Shown here one piece after another: positions 8,632 through 19,003 of a stretch of 64,000 nt of DNA. The notes under the pieces were generated by a model, which was given only the letters and a program-made list of their open reading frames with translations, did no database searches and was not told where the DNA came from. How positions within the stretch are numbered: position 1 is the stretch's first letter; the number at the start of each line of letters is the position of its first letter. Made by a program: the position numbers and the translations under genes. The DNA is from Terriglobia bacterium (GTDB taxonomy: Bacteria; Acidobacteriota; Terriglobia; Acidiferrales; UBA7541), in assembly GCA_963695545.1 (NCBI GenBank), contig OY968796.1:512001-576000 (forward strand). Reading direction: 5' to 3'.

Positions 8632-9456
8632 ATGACGACGATAAGCCAGCGCGCGCGACATTCCGGGCTCTACGCCGCCGTGGCCCTGCTCGCCGCTTCC
8701 CTGCTTGCTTCCCCAAGAGCGCGCGCACAGGGCGGCCCTCCCCTACTCACCAACGACCCCGGAACTCCCGGCGCCGAAAACTGGGAGATCAACGTCGCCG
8801 CGATGCCCGTCCTCACCCGCGACGCGCACAACTACCAGCTTCCGCAGTTTGACATCAACTACGGCATCGGCTCGCGCATTCAGCTCACGCTCGAAATTCC
8901 TTACGTCGTCGCAACTTTCCCGGGCCAGCCCCATGCCACCGGCTGGAGCAATGCTTTCCCCGGCGTGAAGTGGCGTTTCATCGACGCGAAACACGGCTGG
9001 AACGTCTCCATATTTCCGCAACTCGAGACCGGCGGCGCTTCCGGCGACGTGCGCAAAGGCATTGCCGATAGCGGCACGCGATTTCTCCTCCCGCTCGAAC
9101 TCCAGAAAAATATCGGCCCCGTCGAACTCAACGCCGAAGCCGGCTATTATTTTCCGTTCCACGAAACGAATCAGGGCCACGAAGAACGAATCCTCGGTTT
9201 CGCCGCCGGCCATCAATTCACCAAAAAATTGGAAATCATTGGCGAGATTTACAACGACTCCGCCATGGGCGCCCTTCCTCACGACACCACCTGGGACGCC
9301 GGCGGCCGCTACGAATTTCACAAAGGCCTGATCTGGCTCGCCATGGCCGGCCGCAGTTTCAGCGGCGCCGCCAGCGGCGAACCCACCTTCCTCGGATATT
9401 TCGGCATCCAGATTCTGCTCGATCACAACGGCCGCTCACTCCACTCCGATGAGTGA
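8632..9456 (+). CDS. Secreted or outer-membrane beta-rich protein
   Basis: Signal peptide ending ARA-Q, GGPPLLTNDPGTP motif, amphipathic strands (GVKWRF, LNAEAGYYF, DAGGRYEF). Confidence 0.65.
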   Translation: MTTISQRARHSGLYAAVALLAASLLASPRARAQGGPPLLTNDPGTPGAENWEINVAAMPVLTRDAHNYQLPQFDINYGIGSRIQLTLEIPYVVATFPGQPHATGWSNAFPGVKWRFIDAKHGWNVSIFPQLETGGASGDVRKGIADSGTRFLLPLELQKNIGPVELNAEAGYYFPFHETNQGHEERILGFAAGHQFTKKLEIIGEIYNDSAMGALPHDTTWDAGGRYEFHKGLIWLAMAGRSFSGAASGEPTFLGYFGIQILLDHNGRSLHSDE

Positions 9457-9536
9457 AGTTTGTGGAATGCCGCAGCCGATCTCGACGCCAGAGCGCCGGC
9501 CTTCACAGGTCCGCGCACTCGCGAACGCACTTTTTT

Positions 9537-11378
9537 CTAGTTGGCGAGCGAAATCGCGGGCTTCCCCGCCAATCGCTCGTTGATATGTTCGCCCAGCCGA
9601 TCGACAAAGCCGCCGGCGCTGCTGATGGAAGTGTTCAGAAGAACCACAACGCCATAATCGCCCGCAGGATTGAACGACGCAAAAGCGCTATACCCGCCGG
9701 TTGCGCCATTGTGCCAGTAGCTTCCTGTCGCGGCCTGGTAGATCCACGCAAGCGCGATGCCCATTCCCGGCGCGACCTCACCTCGAACCTCATGCGACTC
9801 GACCAGCGCGGCGGAGAGCGTCGTCGAAGTCGGCGCACTATTCGTCAGCGTGATCTTGTCCGGATGCAGATTTGCTTCGAGGTACAGAAGCATGTCCGCG
9901 GCCGTCGAGCGAATCGCTCCGGCGCCGGCCAGCGCATCCTGATCCCACGCGCGAGCCGGGTGATGATTTCCGTCGTATCCGGGAATGAATCTCGCTTTTT
10001 GTGCGTCCGATAGCCAGATGGTCGTGTCTGCGAGGCCCAATGGCCCGGTGATTTCCTGCTTGAGCAGCGCCGAATAGAGGATGCCGGCGCGATCCGCCAA
10101 CGCTTGTCCCAGCAACCCAAAACCAAGGTTGCTGTAAAGAAACGGCGCATCGGCCGGCCTTGCCACGCCATGCTGGCCGATAAACGCGTAAAGATTTGCC
10201 GCGCTGTAATCGGCATAGGGATTCGTTTTATCCGCGGGATTGAAATTGTCGGGCATGCGCGGCAATCCGGAGCGCTGCGTGGCCAGCTCGAGCAGCGTGA
10301 TTTCATCGCCTGCCGGCTTGGCCACCGTCCCGGGCGGCAACAATTCGCGCACCGGCTCATCGTAGGTCACTTTCCCCTGCTCCACCATTTGCGCCAGAAT
10401 CAGTCCCGTAAATGTCTTGGTAATCGAGCCAATTTCAAATATCGAGTCGGGCTTGGCCGTGCCGTACGCGAACACGCGCGTCACGCCATGCTGCACCACG
10501 CCGATCGCAACGCCCGCGTCCGTGTCCGGCGCAAGTTGTCCACTCTTCAGCGCCTGCGCGAGGTCCGCGTCCAGCACCGCCTGCAGATCAGCCACGGCAA
10601 CCGGAGCCATGGCTGGATCAAATGTCGGCGGAGGAATCGGCGCGGCGGTCAGCGCGGCGAATTGCCTTGCGAAGTTCAACTCGATCGCGGCGCCCTGGTT
10701 CCACGTCCCGAGAAGCGAGTCTCCGCCCCCCGATAGCGTGCCGCTCCAATGGCCTTTAACCGCCGGAACGTCGAATGAGAAGTTCCCCTGGCTGAACACA
10801 ACATTCGCGCACAACAGGCCCACGGCGTGCTGATCGAGGCTGTCGAGTGTGCAAGTCTCGTGCCCCGCGCTGTCGCTTTTCACCTGGATCTGCACGCGAA
10901 GAGATGTGCTCCCCGCAACGATCGTTCCCAGCCAAATTCCGTCCACGGGCGACGGCTTCGCCGCGGGCACGAACGCCTGGTGGCCGGCCGTGTCGCGCGT
11001 GAAGACCAGCGTTTGCGGATTTCCCTGGCTCCACGTTCCGGACAGTGAGTTGCCGCCGCTCTCAACGGTTCCTTTCCATGAGCCGCCCACCGTCGGCACC
11101 GTGAAACTCAGCGCGCGCCCGTCGAACTGGAATTCCGAGCACGGAATTCCCGCCGCGCCCTGATCCGGACTATCGAGCGTCCCGCCAATCGCGCCGTCCG
11201 CGCCAACCGTCAGATGCAGCTTCAGGTGTAGCGATCCAAGCATCCCAATGTAGTCCCCCGCGAGCGTCGGCTTCTGCTGCGCCGAAGCCGTGGACGATCC
11301 CAGCCCAAGCACCATCGCCAGCAGCGCCAATGTCATCCCCCAGATTGCGGAACGTGCGGCCACAGTTCCCTCCATCAT
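9537..11378 (-). CDS. Secreted serine hydrolase (beta-lactamase class C-like) with two N-terminal repeated beta domains
   Basis: FEIGSITK (SxxK), YSN, WHNG motifs; duplicated unit G-x-W/Y-x-G...TLDS-x-DQ...GTW-x-QG; AGGAG SD before ATG 11378. Confidence 0.85.
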   Translation of the reverse strand: MMEGTVAARSAIWGMTLALLAMVLGLGSSTASAQQKPTLAGDYIGMLGSLHLKLHLTVGADGAIGGTLDSPDQGAAGIPCSEFQFDGRALSFTVPTVGGSWKGTVESGGNSLSGTWSQGNPQTLVFTRDTAGHQAFVPAAKPSPVDGIWLGTIVAGSTSLRVQIQVKSDSAGHETCTLDSLDQHAVGLLCANVVFSQGNFSFDVPAVKGHWSGTLSGGGDSLLGTWNQGAAIELNFARQFAALTAAPIPPPTFDPAMAPVAVADLQAVLDADLAQALKSGQLAPDTDAGVAIGVVQHGVTRVFAYGTAKPDSIFEIGSITKTFTGLILAQMVEQGKVTYDEPVRELLPPGTVAKPAGDEITLLELATQRSGLPRMPDNFNPADKTNPYADYSAANLYAFIGQHGVARPADAPFLYSNLGFGLLGQALADRAGILYSALLKQEITGPLGLADTTIWLSDAQKARFIPGYDGNHHPARAWDQDALAGAGAIRSTAADMLLYLEANLHPDKITLTNSAPTSTTLSAALVESHEVRGEVAPGMGIALAWIYQAATGSYWHNGATGGYSAFASFNPAGDYGVVVLLNTSISSAGGFVDRLGEHINERLAGKPAISLAN

Positions 11379-11513
11379 GCCTGGAATCTCCTTGTCCCTT
11401 CGAGTGACCAGTTCATCGAGCGCCCATGAAAACTGCGTGCCCATGAGCCGATTTTGCGCATCGAACCTTCGCCGTACATCCGGCTCCATTCGTGCTAACT
11501 CCGCCGAGAAGCG

Positions 11514-11810
11514 TCACCACACCTTCCGAAGATTCCGAAGTCCCTCGAGATAATCGTCCGTTTCCAACCTGTTCGTAACTCCAAATTCCGTCAGAATCGT
11601 CATCATCTGCCCGACAGGCAGCCCTGCCAAATCAGCCGCTTTCCCCAGCGACGCTTCGCCCGCTTTATATCGTTCCACCGCCAGCAGCATTCTTCCCCGA
11701 GTGACCAGGTCGCGCACCGCTTTCGACAAGTCGCTCCGTTCTTCCTTGCTGATCTCGCTCAAAAACTCGTAATTGTCCTGATCCATTCGGATGCTCATCG
11801 TTTTACTCAT
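11514..11810 (-). CDS. UPF0175-like antitoxin with N-terminal RHH-like segment
   Basis: MSKTMSIRMD...SKAVRDL, then YKAGEASLGKAADLAGL; 4-nt overlap with the PIN gene. Confidence 0.75.
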   Translation of the reverse strand: MSKTMSIRMDQDNYEFLSEISKEERSDLSKAVRDLVTRGRMLLAVERYKAGEASLGKAADLAGLPVGQMMTILTEFGVTNRLETDDYLEGLRNLRKVW

Positions 11811-12310
11811 GGATTCGCCTCCAACCTGACCTTCGCATCTTCAATTATGGAAGCCTTGTAACGCCCGTATCTTGCCAGCACCGCCAGTTTGGCCATCGCA
11901 CTCTCAGGGCCCAATAGTCCCTTCTCTCTGCTCCGAATCAGAATGCCTATCGCGGTCGTGAACGCAATTCTCACAACCTTGCACGCATTGATTCCATTCT
12001 TGTCATCAACGGCCAGGAGTTGGGCCCTCTCATGGAGCGCAACTGCGATTGCCTCGGCCTCACCCTTGCCGAGGCCGAAATCCGCCTGCAACTTACGGAC
12101 CAGCCTCCGATCCTTCACAGCCACCACTCTGATTCTTGACTCATCCAAAGCCTTCCGAATTACCAATCCATCCAACGTTTTCTTCGACCCGCAACACTCC
12201 CGCTCCACTTCGGCTGGAATAACAAACCCGAGTTTGCCGTCCGCCAGGAACAGGTCGAGCAACTCGGCCTTCGCTGTCAGAATCAGCGTAGATGCGTCGA
12301 GAACAATCAT
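11807..12310 (-). CDS. PIN-domain (DUF3368-like) toxin
   Basis: MIVLDASTLI, IPAEVERE, LGKGEAEAIA, LAVDD acidic PIN motifs. Confidence 0.85.
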   Translation of the reverse strand: MIVLDASTLILTAKAELLDLFLADGKLGFVIPAEVERECCGSKKTLDGLVIRKALDESRIRVVAVKDRRLVRKLQADFGLGKGEAEAIAVALHERAQLLAVDDKNGINACKVVRIAFTTAIGILIRSREKGLLGPESAMAKLAVLARYGRYKASIIEDAKVRLEANP

Positions 12311-12321
12311 TATTACACAAT

Positions 12322-12343
12322 ATGACGGACGTCATTATAACAC
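12322..12343 (-). promoter_or_regulatory. Extended -10 promoter with adjacent inverted repeat for the PIN TA operon
   Basis: Minus-strand TG-T-TATAAT (12339-12334) overlapping ATGAC-GGAC-GTCAT (12322-12335). Confidence 0.55.
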
Positions 12344-12408
12344 AGAAACGCTGGGCGCGATGCATCTCGTGAAGCCGTCGCACCCGCGGGCCACCATGCG
12401 CGCTCCGT

Positions 12409-12730
12409 TTCGAATGGCGATCCACAGGAAACGTATTCGAACTGTGGATTTCTGTTCGAATGGCTTAATAATTATATTGACAGTGTAGTACTCTACGTGC
12501 TATGCTCCCGCATGACCATCGAACGGCACTTCCCGCCCGCAGATTCCTCGGTGAAGGACGGCCGATTCGCGCTACGCCGCGCCGGTCTTTTTCACGTCTC
12601 GCCCCGCAACCCTTCCAGAATCAACACTTCTGAAAAATCGCGTTTTAACCCCAGTAGAATCAACACTTCTGGCGCAAAGGACTTAAAGTTCAATCATTTC
12701 AACACTTCTGAAAAACACCCCGGGGGTAGG
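12409..12730 (+). repeat. Dispersed promoter/leader/repeat element, copy B, with three 39-bp units
   Basis: TTCGAA 12409, 12436, 12455; TTGACA 12477-12482, N18, TATGCT 12501-12506, N5, ATG 12512; TCAACACTTCTG at 12621, 12660, 12699; CCCCGGGGGT end. Confidence 0.85.
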
Positions 12731-12781
12731 GGGGTGCGCCCTCCCCGACGAATCGATTTTTTGAATGAAAGGAGCCTATGA
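12512..12781 (+). CDS. Putative leaderless leader ORF in element copy B (89 aa, NPSRINTS repeats)
   Basis: Open through the 13-codon repeats; its stop overlaps the next ATG (ATGA 12778-12781). Confidence 0.35.
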   Translation: MTIERHFPPADSSVKDGRFALRRAGLFHVSPRNPSRINTSEKSRFNPSRINTSGAKDLKFNHFNTSEKHPGGRGVRPPRRIDFLNERSL

Positions 12782-13278
12782 ACATGAAAACCAAGACCGC
12801 ACGGAAATCAGCAAGCCGCAACATCGCAAGGAACCCGCAGAAGCTCGCCGAAAGCGCCATGTCCGACGCGCGCTGTAAATTCAAGTTCGCCGACGCGCGC
12901 TCCTGCGGCATACCACGCTGGAAAGGCCATGCCTCTTACTGCCTCTTCCACGCCCGCCAGGAACAGCAGCTTCTCGATGCCGATCGCGTCGGCACGGAAC
13001 TCGCCAGTCTCTCCGGCGAATTTCGCACAACCACCGATCTCAATCACGCCCTCGGCAAACTTTTCGCCGCCGTCGCCCAGAATCGTATTCCTCCGCGCAA
13101 CGCCGCCGTGATCGCCTACATCGGTCAACTCCTGATGCAAAGCCTCTCTGGCGTAGAGCGAGAGATCAAACACGCCGACGGCTACGAAGCCTGGGACGAC
13201 ACCATCCGCCGCACTCTCGACGCTGAAGAAAACGAGGAGGAAGAAGAGGACGACGACGAGGCGGGTGATGGCAAGTAA
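12778..13278 (+). CDS. Hypothetical protein with C-x9-C-x11-C-x2-H zinc-finger-like motif and acidic tail
   Basis: CKFKFADARSCGIPRWKGHASYCLFH; basic N-terminus; EEEEEDDDE C-terminus; AAAGGAG SD. Confidence 0.8.
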   Translation: MNMKTKTARKSASRNIARNPQKLAESAMSDARCKFKFADARSCGIPRWKGHASYCLFHARQEQQLLDADRVGTELASLSGEFRTTTDLNHALGKLFAAVAQNRIPPRNAAVIAYIGQLLMQSLSGVEREIKHADGYEAWDDTIRRTLDAEENEEEEEDDDEAGDGK

Positions 13279-13383
13279 ACCATTGCGCCCACGCCGAGCC
13301 GCCCTAACGAAGCAACGATTACCCGCGAGAGCGCGTAGTATATTGTCTCGCCGTCGCAGTCAGTGCCGGAGGACGCAAACTAG

Positions 13384-14460
13384 ATGAGCGCGCAGACGAA
13401 GAAGACTTACAAGATTGCGGTGATCGCGGGCGATGGCATTGGCCTCGAAGTCGTGCCGGAAGGCATTCGCGTTCTCGAGGCCTCCGCACGGCGCTTCGGC
13501 TTTTCGCTTGCCTGGCACAATTTTGATTGGAGCTGCGAAAGGTTCGTCGCCACCGGTCTGATGATGCCCGCCGACGCGCTCGATCAGTTGCGCGCGTTCG
13601 ACGCGATTTTTCTCGGCGCTGTCGGGCATCCGCGCGTGCCGGATCACGTTTCGCTTTGGGGACTTCTGATTCCGATTCGCCGCGCGTTTCGGCAGTACGT
13701 CAATCTGCGACCCGTGCGCCTATTCCCCGGCGTCGAATCGCCGCTGAAAAATTATCCGCCGGGCCGGATCGACTTCTGCGTGGTGCGCGAAAACAACGAA
13801 GGCGAATATTCCGAAATGGGCGGCCGCATCTATCGCGACACGCCCGATGAATTCGCCATCCAGGAAACCATCTTCACGCGCCGCGGATCGGACCGCATCA
13901 TTCGCTACGCCTTCGAGCTGGCCCGCACGCGTGCGAAACATCTCACCTCCGCCACCAAATCGAACGGCATCATCCACACCATGCCCTTCTGGGACGAGCG
14001 CTTCGCCGCCGCCGCAAAAGATTTCCCCGATGTGCGCACCGACCAATTCCACATCGACATACTCGCCGCGCATTTCGTGAAGCATCCCGATTGGTTCGAT
14101 GTGGTGGTCGGCTCGAATCTTTTCGGCGACATTCTTTCCGATCTCGGTCCCGCCGTCGCCGGCTCAATCGGCATCGCCCCCTCGGCCAATCTCAATCCCG
14201 AGCGCGAATTCCCTTCCATGTTCGAGCCCGTGCACGGCTCAGCACCTGATATCGCCGGAAAAGGCATCGCCAATCCCATCGGCCAAATCTGGAGCGGCGC
14301 CATGATGCTGCGCCATCTCGGCGAACCCGCCGCCGCCGATGCCGTCGAGCGCGCGATTGAGACAGTCCTCGCCACAGGTGGCCCGAGAACTGCAGACCTC
14401 GGCGGCAAAGCAAACACAAAAGCAGTAGGGGAGGCCATCGCCGCCGAAACTTCGCGCTAA
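13384..14460 (+). CDS. Tartrate dehydrogenase / D-malate dehydrogenase (decarboxylating)
   Basis: IAGDGIGLEV, VPDHVSLWGLL, NLFGDILSDL, SMFEPVHGSAPDIAG. Confidence 0.92.
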   Translation: MSAQTKKTYKIAVIAGDGIGLEVVPEGIRVLEASARRFGFSLAWHNFDWSCERFVATGLMMPADALDQLRAFDAIFLGAVGHPRVPDHVSLWGLLIPIRRAFRQYVNLRPVRLFPGVESPLKNYPPGRIDFCVVRENNEGEYSEMGGRIYRDTPDEFAIQETIFTRRGSDRIIRYAFELARTRAKHLTSATKSNGIIHTMPFWDERFAAAAKDFPDVRTDQFHIDILAAHFVKHPDWFDVVVGSNLFGDILSDLGPAVAGSIGIAPSANLNPEREFPSMFEPVHGSAPDIAGKGIANPIGQIWSGAMMLRHLGEPAAADAVERAIETVLATGGPRTADLGGKANTKAVGEAIAAETSR

Positions 14461-14464
14461 TACT

Positions 14465-16642
14465 CTAAGGAAGGGAAACCCCGAATTGACCGCGCAATCG
14501 AATGTCGCGCGAAGAAGCGCCGACCATCACATGAATCGTTCCCGGCAAAATCGTCCAGGCGTGCGTCGCGACATCCCAATACGACACCGCGCGGGCATCA
14601 AGTGTGAATTGAACATGCGCCGTCTTCCCCGGATCGAGCGCCACTTTCTGGAAGCCCTCAAGTTGTAGCGGCGGTTCCGGAACAGCGGAACGCGAAGGCA
14701 GTCCGAGATACAGCTCCGCGACTTCAGCGCCCGCCACAGTTCCGGTATTCGTGACGTCGCATGAAACCGTCACCGTCGAATCCGTGGCGCCGCCAAATTG
14801 CGCATGATCGGGCGAGATCTCGAGGTGATCGTACGAGAACGTGGTGTAAGAGAGGCCGAAGCCGAATGGAAACAACGGCTCGACCTTGTGCTCGTCGTAA
14901 TAGCGATAGCCGACGAATACGCCTTCGCTGTAATGCGCCTGGCGATCGACGCCGGGCCATTGTTCGGGCGTGTGCGCTGGAGCGTCTTCCACGCGCTTCG
15001 GGAACGTGATCGGCAGCTTGCCCGATGGATCGATGTCGCCGAAGAGCACGGCCGCAACGGCGTTGCCGTCCTCTTCGCCGGGATACCACGCCTCGAGCAG
15101 CGCCGGCACCTGATCGAGCCACGGCATCAGGATCGCGGAGCCGGTCTTGAGCACCACGACGGTGTGCGGATTTGCGGCGGCCACGGCGGCGACGAGAGCG
15201 TCCTGATTGCCTTCGAGCGTCAGCAGATGGTCTTTGCCCTCGGTCGCGTGGTCGCCCACCATCACGATGGCCACGTCGGCCGAGCGCGCAAGATCGGCGG
15301 CCTTGGCAGGATCGCTGCCGTCGGCGTAGGTGACGCTCACGCCGGTTCCAACGCGGCCCTGAATGCCGTCAACGGGTTTGACGCTATAGAGCGCGACGAC
15401 GTGGGAGCTGCCGCCACCGCCGGTGTTCGCCTCCCCCGCATACGGCCCGATCACCGCGATCGATTTCAAGGCCGAAGCGCGCAGCGGCAGCAGCTGCCCG
15501 GAATTTTTCAGCAACACCATGCCCGCTTCTGCGATGCCGCGCGCGGCCGCGCCGTCTTTCTGCGCCGGAATCGCTTGCGGCGCCGGCGGATGATCGAACA
15601 GGCCGAAGCGCATCAGCGTGCTGAAGCGGCGAACGAGCATCTGGTCAAGCGTGGCCTCGGGCACTTCGCCAGACTGCACGGCGGCTTTGAGAGGATCACC
15701 GAAGTAAAGGCCGGTTGGCCACTCCATGTCGAGGCCGGCCGTGACCGCCGGCACGATGCTGTGCGTGGCCCCGAAATCGGAGATCACGAAGCCCTGGAAA
15801 CCCCAATCGCCGCGCAGAATCTGCGCGAGCAGCGTGGGGTTCTCGCACGCGAACACATTGTTCACGCGGGGATACGCGCACATCACGGAGGCGGCGTGCC
15901 CCTCTTTGATCGAAGCCTCGAACGCCGGCAAATAAATTTCGCGCAGTGTGCGCTCGTCGACGATCTCGTTCACCACGAAACGATCGGTCTCCTGATTGTT
16001 GGCGTCGAAGTGCTTTACGTTGGCCAGAATTCCCTGGCTCTGAATTCCGGTGATATTGGCAACCGCGAGGCGCGCCGTGAGAAACGGATCTTCGCCGTAT
16101 GCTTCAAACGTGCGGCCATTCTGCGGGAGGCGGGCGATGTTCACGTCCGGTGCTTCGAGCAGACTGTTGCCGATATCTTTGGCTTCCGCGCCGGCGATCT
16201 CGCCATAGCGCTGCGCGAGATTCACGTCCCAGGTGGCCGCGAGCGCGATCGGCGAAGGCAGCGCCGTGGCCGGAACTTGCTTGCCCGCGCCGCCGGGTCC
16301 CGCGCCGGCGGGACCATTGGTGATGTGGAAGTCGGGGATGCCGAGGTGCGGGATGCCGGGCACCATGCGGAACTGCGTGTCGTTATGCACTCCATGAACT
16401 TGAGAAATTTTCTCGTCGAGCGTCATTTGCGCAACGAGAGCTTTGGCGCGCGCGTCGGGATCCTGCTGCGAGGTGGCCGGAATGGCGACGATGAAAGCGG
16501 CCGCGGCGGCGAGAAGCATCAACGCGCGGCGAATTGAGACGCGGCGCGCCGCGCGAAGATCATGCGCGGGCCCACGGCTTCGCCAGCCGGCGATCGGGGC
16601 CGTGCTGCTGCGCGCTTCGCGGAATCGGATTCGCATGATCAC
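14465..16642 (-). CDS. Secreted GH3 beta-glucosidase with Fn3-like C-terminus
   Basis: MTLDEKI, GRTFEAYGEDP, VKHF, GFVISDF, YSEGVFVGYRYY. Start approximate. Confidence 0.9.
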   Translation of the reverse strand: MIMRIRFREARSSTAPIAGWRSRGPAHDLRAARRVSIRRALMLLAAAAAFIVAIPATSQQDPDARAKALVAQMTLDEKISQVHGVHNDTQFRMVPGIPHLGIPDFHITNGPAGAGPGGAGKQVPATALPSPIALAATWDVNLAQRYGEIAGAEAKDIGNSLLEAPDVNIARLPQNGRTFEAYGEDPFLTARLAVANITGIQSQGILANVKHFDANNQETDRFVVNEIVDERTLREIYLPAFEASIKEGHAASVMCAYPRVNNVFACENPTLLAQILRGDWGFQGFVISDFGATHSIVPAVTAGLDMEWPTGLYFGDPLKAAVQSGEVPEATLDQMLVRRFSTLMRFGLFDHPPAPQAIPAQKDGAAARGIAEAGMVLLKNSGQLLPLRASALKSIAVIGPYAGEANTGGGGSSHVVALYSVKPVDGIQGRVGTGVSVTYADGSDPAKAADLARSADVAIVMVGDHATEGKDHLLTLEGNQDALVAAVAAANPHTVVVLKTGSAILMPWLDQVPALLEAWYPGEEDGNAVAAVLFGDIDPSGKLPITFPKRVEDAPAHTPEQWPGVDRQAHYSEGVFVGYRYYDEHKVEPLFPFGFGLSYTTFSYDHLEISPDHAQFGGATDSTVTVSCDVTNTGTVAGAEVAELYLGLPSRSAVPEPPLQLEGFQKVALDPGKTAHVQFTLDARAVSYWDVATHAWTILPGTIHVMVGASSRDIRLRGQFGVSLP

Positions 16643-16677
16643 TCCTCAAGAAACGGAGACGGCGCGCTGCTTGCGTT

Positions 16678-17457
16678 TTATGTCGAACGATTGAGACGCG
16701 ACGAAATATCTTTGGCGGCGCTTTTCACCGAGGCGGCGAACGACGGGATTTTGTCGCGGCTGATGCGTGTGATCGGTCCAGAGACACTGAGGGCCGCCAC
16801 AATTTTGCCAGAGTCGTCCAGAATCGGAGCGGCCACGCAGCGCGCGCCGAGAACGGCTTCTTGATCGTCGAGCGCGAAGCCCTGGCGGAAGATCTTCGCG
16901 AGTTCTTTGCGCAGCCGGGCGGCGTCGGGAATGGTGTGGTTGGTCACGCGCTCGAAGCTCAGAGAGGCGAACATCTCCTCGCGTTGCTCGAGCGGAAGAA
17001 ACGCAAGCAGCGCCTTGCCCAGGCCGGTGCAATAGAGCGCGCGGCGCATGCCAACCTGCGAGCCCATGCGAAACATGTGGCCGCTTTCGATGACGTCGAG
17101 ATAGAGAATTTCGTGGCCGTCGATCACCGCGAGGTTGACGGTTTCCTTGGTGGTGCGCCACACCTTTTGCAAAGCTGGGCGGCTGACTTTGCGAAGCGTG
17201 GCGTGGAAGGAAATGCCGGCGCCGAGATGCGCCAAGCGCGGGCCGATGACGTAGGCTCCGCTATCGTCGCGAAACAAGTAGCCGGCGCCTTCAAGGTGGG
17301 CCAGAAAACGATAGGCGGTGCTCTTGTGAATGCTGGTCTGCTGGGCGATCTGGCGCAACTGGAGGCCGGTGGGCGAGCTATCGAGAGCTTCGAGAATACG
17401 AAGCACCTTGCCCACAACACCAACCGGGGCGGCTTTGGACTGTCGAGCTCGAATCAT
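16678..17457 (-). CDS. IclR-family transcriptional regulator
   Basis: N-terminal HTH (KSTAYRFL), ETVNLAV, YCTGLGKALLA, GARCVAAPI. Confidence 0.9.
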   Translation of the reverse strand: MIRARQSKAAPVGVVGKVLRILEALDSSPTGLQLRQIAQQTSIHKSTAYRFLAHLEGAGYLFRDDSGAYVIGPRLAHLGAGISFHATLRKVSRPALQKVWRTTKETVNLAVIDGHEILYLDVIESGHMFRMGSQVGMRRALYCTGLGKALLAFLPLEQREEMFASLSFERVTNHTIPDAARLRKELAKIFRQGFALDDQEAVLGARCVAAPILDDSGKIVAALSVSGPITRISRDKIPSFAASVKSAAKDISSRLNRST

Positions 17458-18142
17458 GGCGTGGACGGCGGATCGTGGAATTGGCTCAAAAAGGGGAAGC
17501 AGACCCGCGAAGCTCGGATCCGGAAGCAGCAATCCGCCGGAGGTTCCTTTCTAGACCGCGGTGCGCGGCATTTTTAGAAACTAAAATGCAAGTTTTCAGT
17601 TCTAAATCGAGAGCGCGCGGCGCGCACCGCGACACTGTTTTATATGTTGAACCGGGGGGAAGCAAGGGAAATCTGATCGGCCGGAGGGCGCGGGCAGCGC
17701 GTCCGCGGACGGTCTATTTCAGGATCCGAAACGGTGATTCTTTACGTTGAATCTTGCGGAAATTCTTGATACAAGCCTCTTGCGTGAACCGCGATCACGC
17801 CGCGCCGCAAGCCACCGGCGACATTCGGCAGCCGGGCACGGCGGCGAATTTGGCTTTGGAGAGCTTGCAGCACCCCAACCACGGTCCGTCCGCGAGAATG
17901 CGCCTCACGGCCACCCCTCATGGACGCCCTGGGAAACCTGCAAGGACCGCCGGACGGGCAGCGCCGAACCTCCTAGCGGCGCTGCCTTCTCGGTGGGGCG
18001 GCCGAGGCGGGACAATGATTGCGAAGTTCGCGCGCACGCCGGCAGGCGAATCCGATACAATCTGCGGCGCTCAGGTGACGGGCGCAGCAACGTGAAGGAC
18101 GTACGCGCGGGGCTGCGGGTTCGCTCGGGCGCGTTGAGTTAG

Positions 18143-18991
<849 letters not shown>

Positions 18992-19003
18992 AAAGAGGTC
19001 TCG

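Noticed and set aside
12436..12460. LexA box in the TTCGAA cluster
   Set aside because: CGAAC-N11-GTTCG fits neither the N4 palindromic box nor the GTTC-N7-GTTC direct repeat, and the other copies lack it.
12608..12730. CRISPR array
   Set aside because: The invariant core is only 12 bp, there are three units, the variable parts resemble each other, and no cas genes are present.
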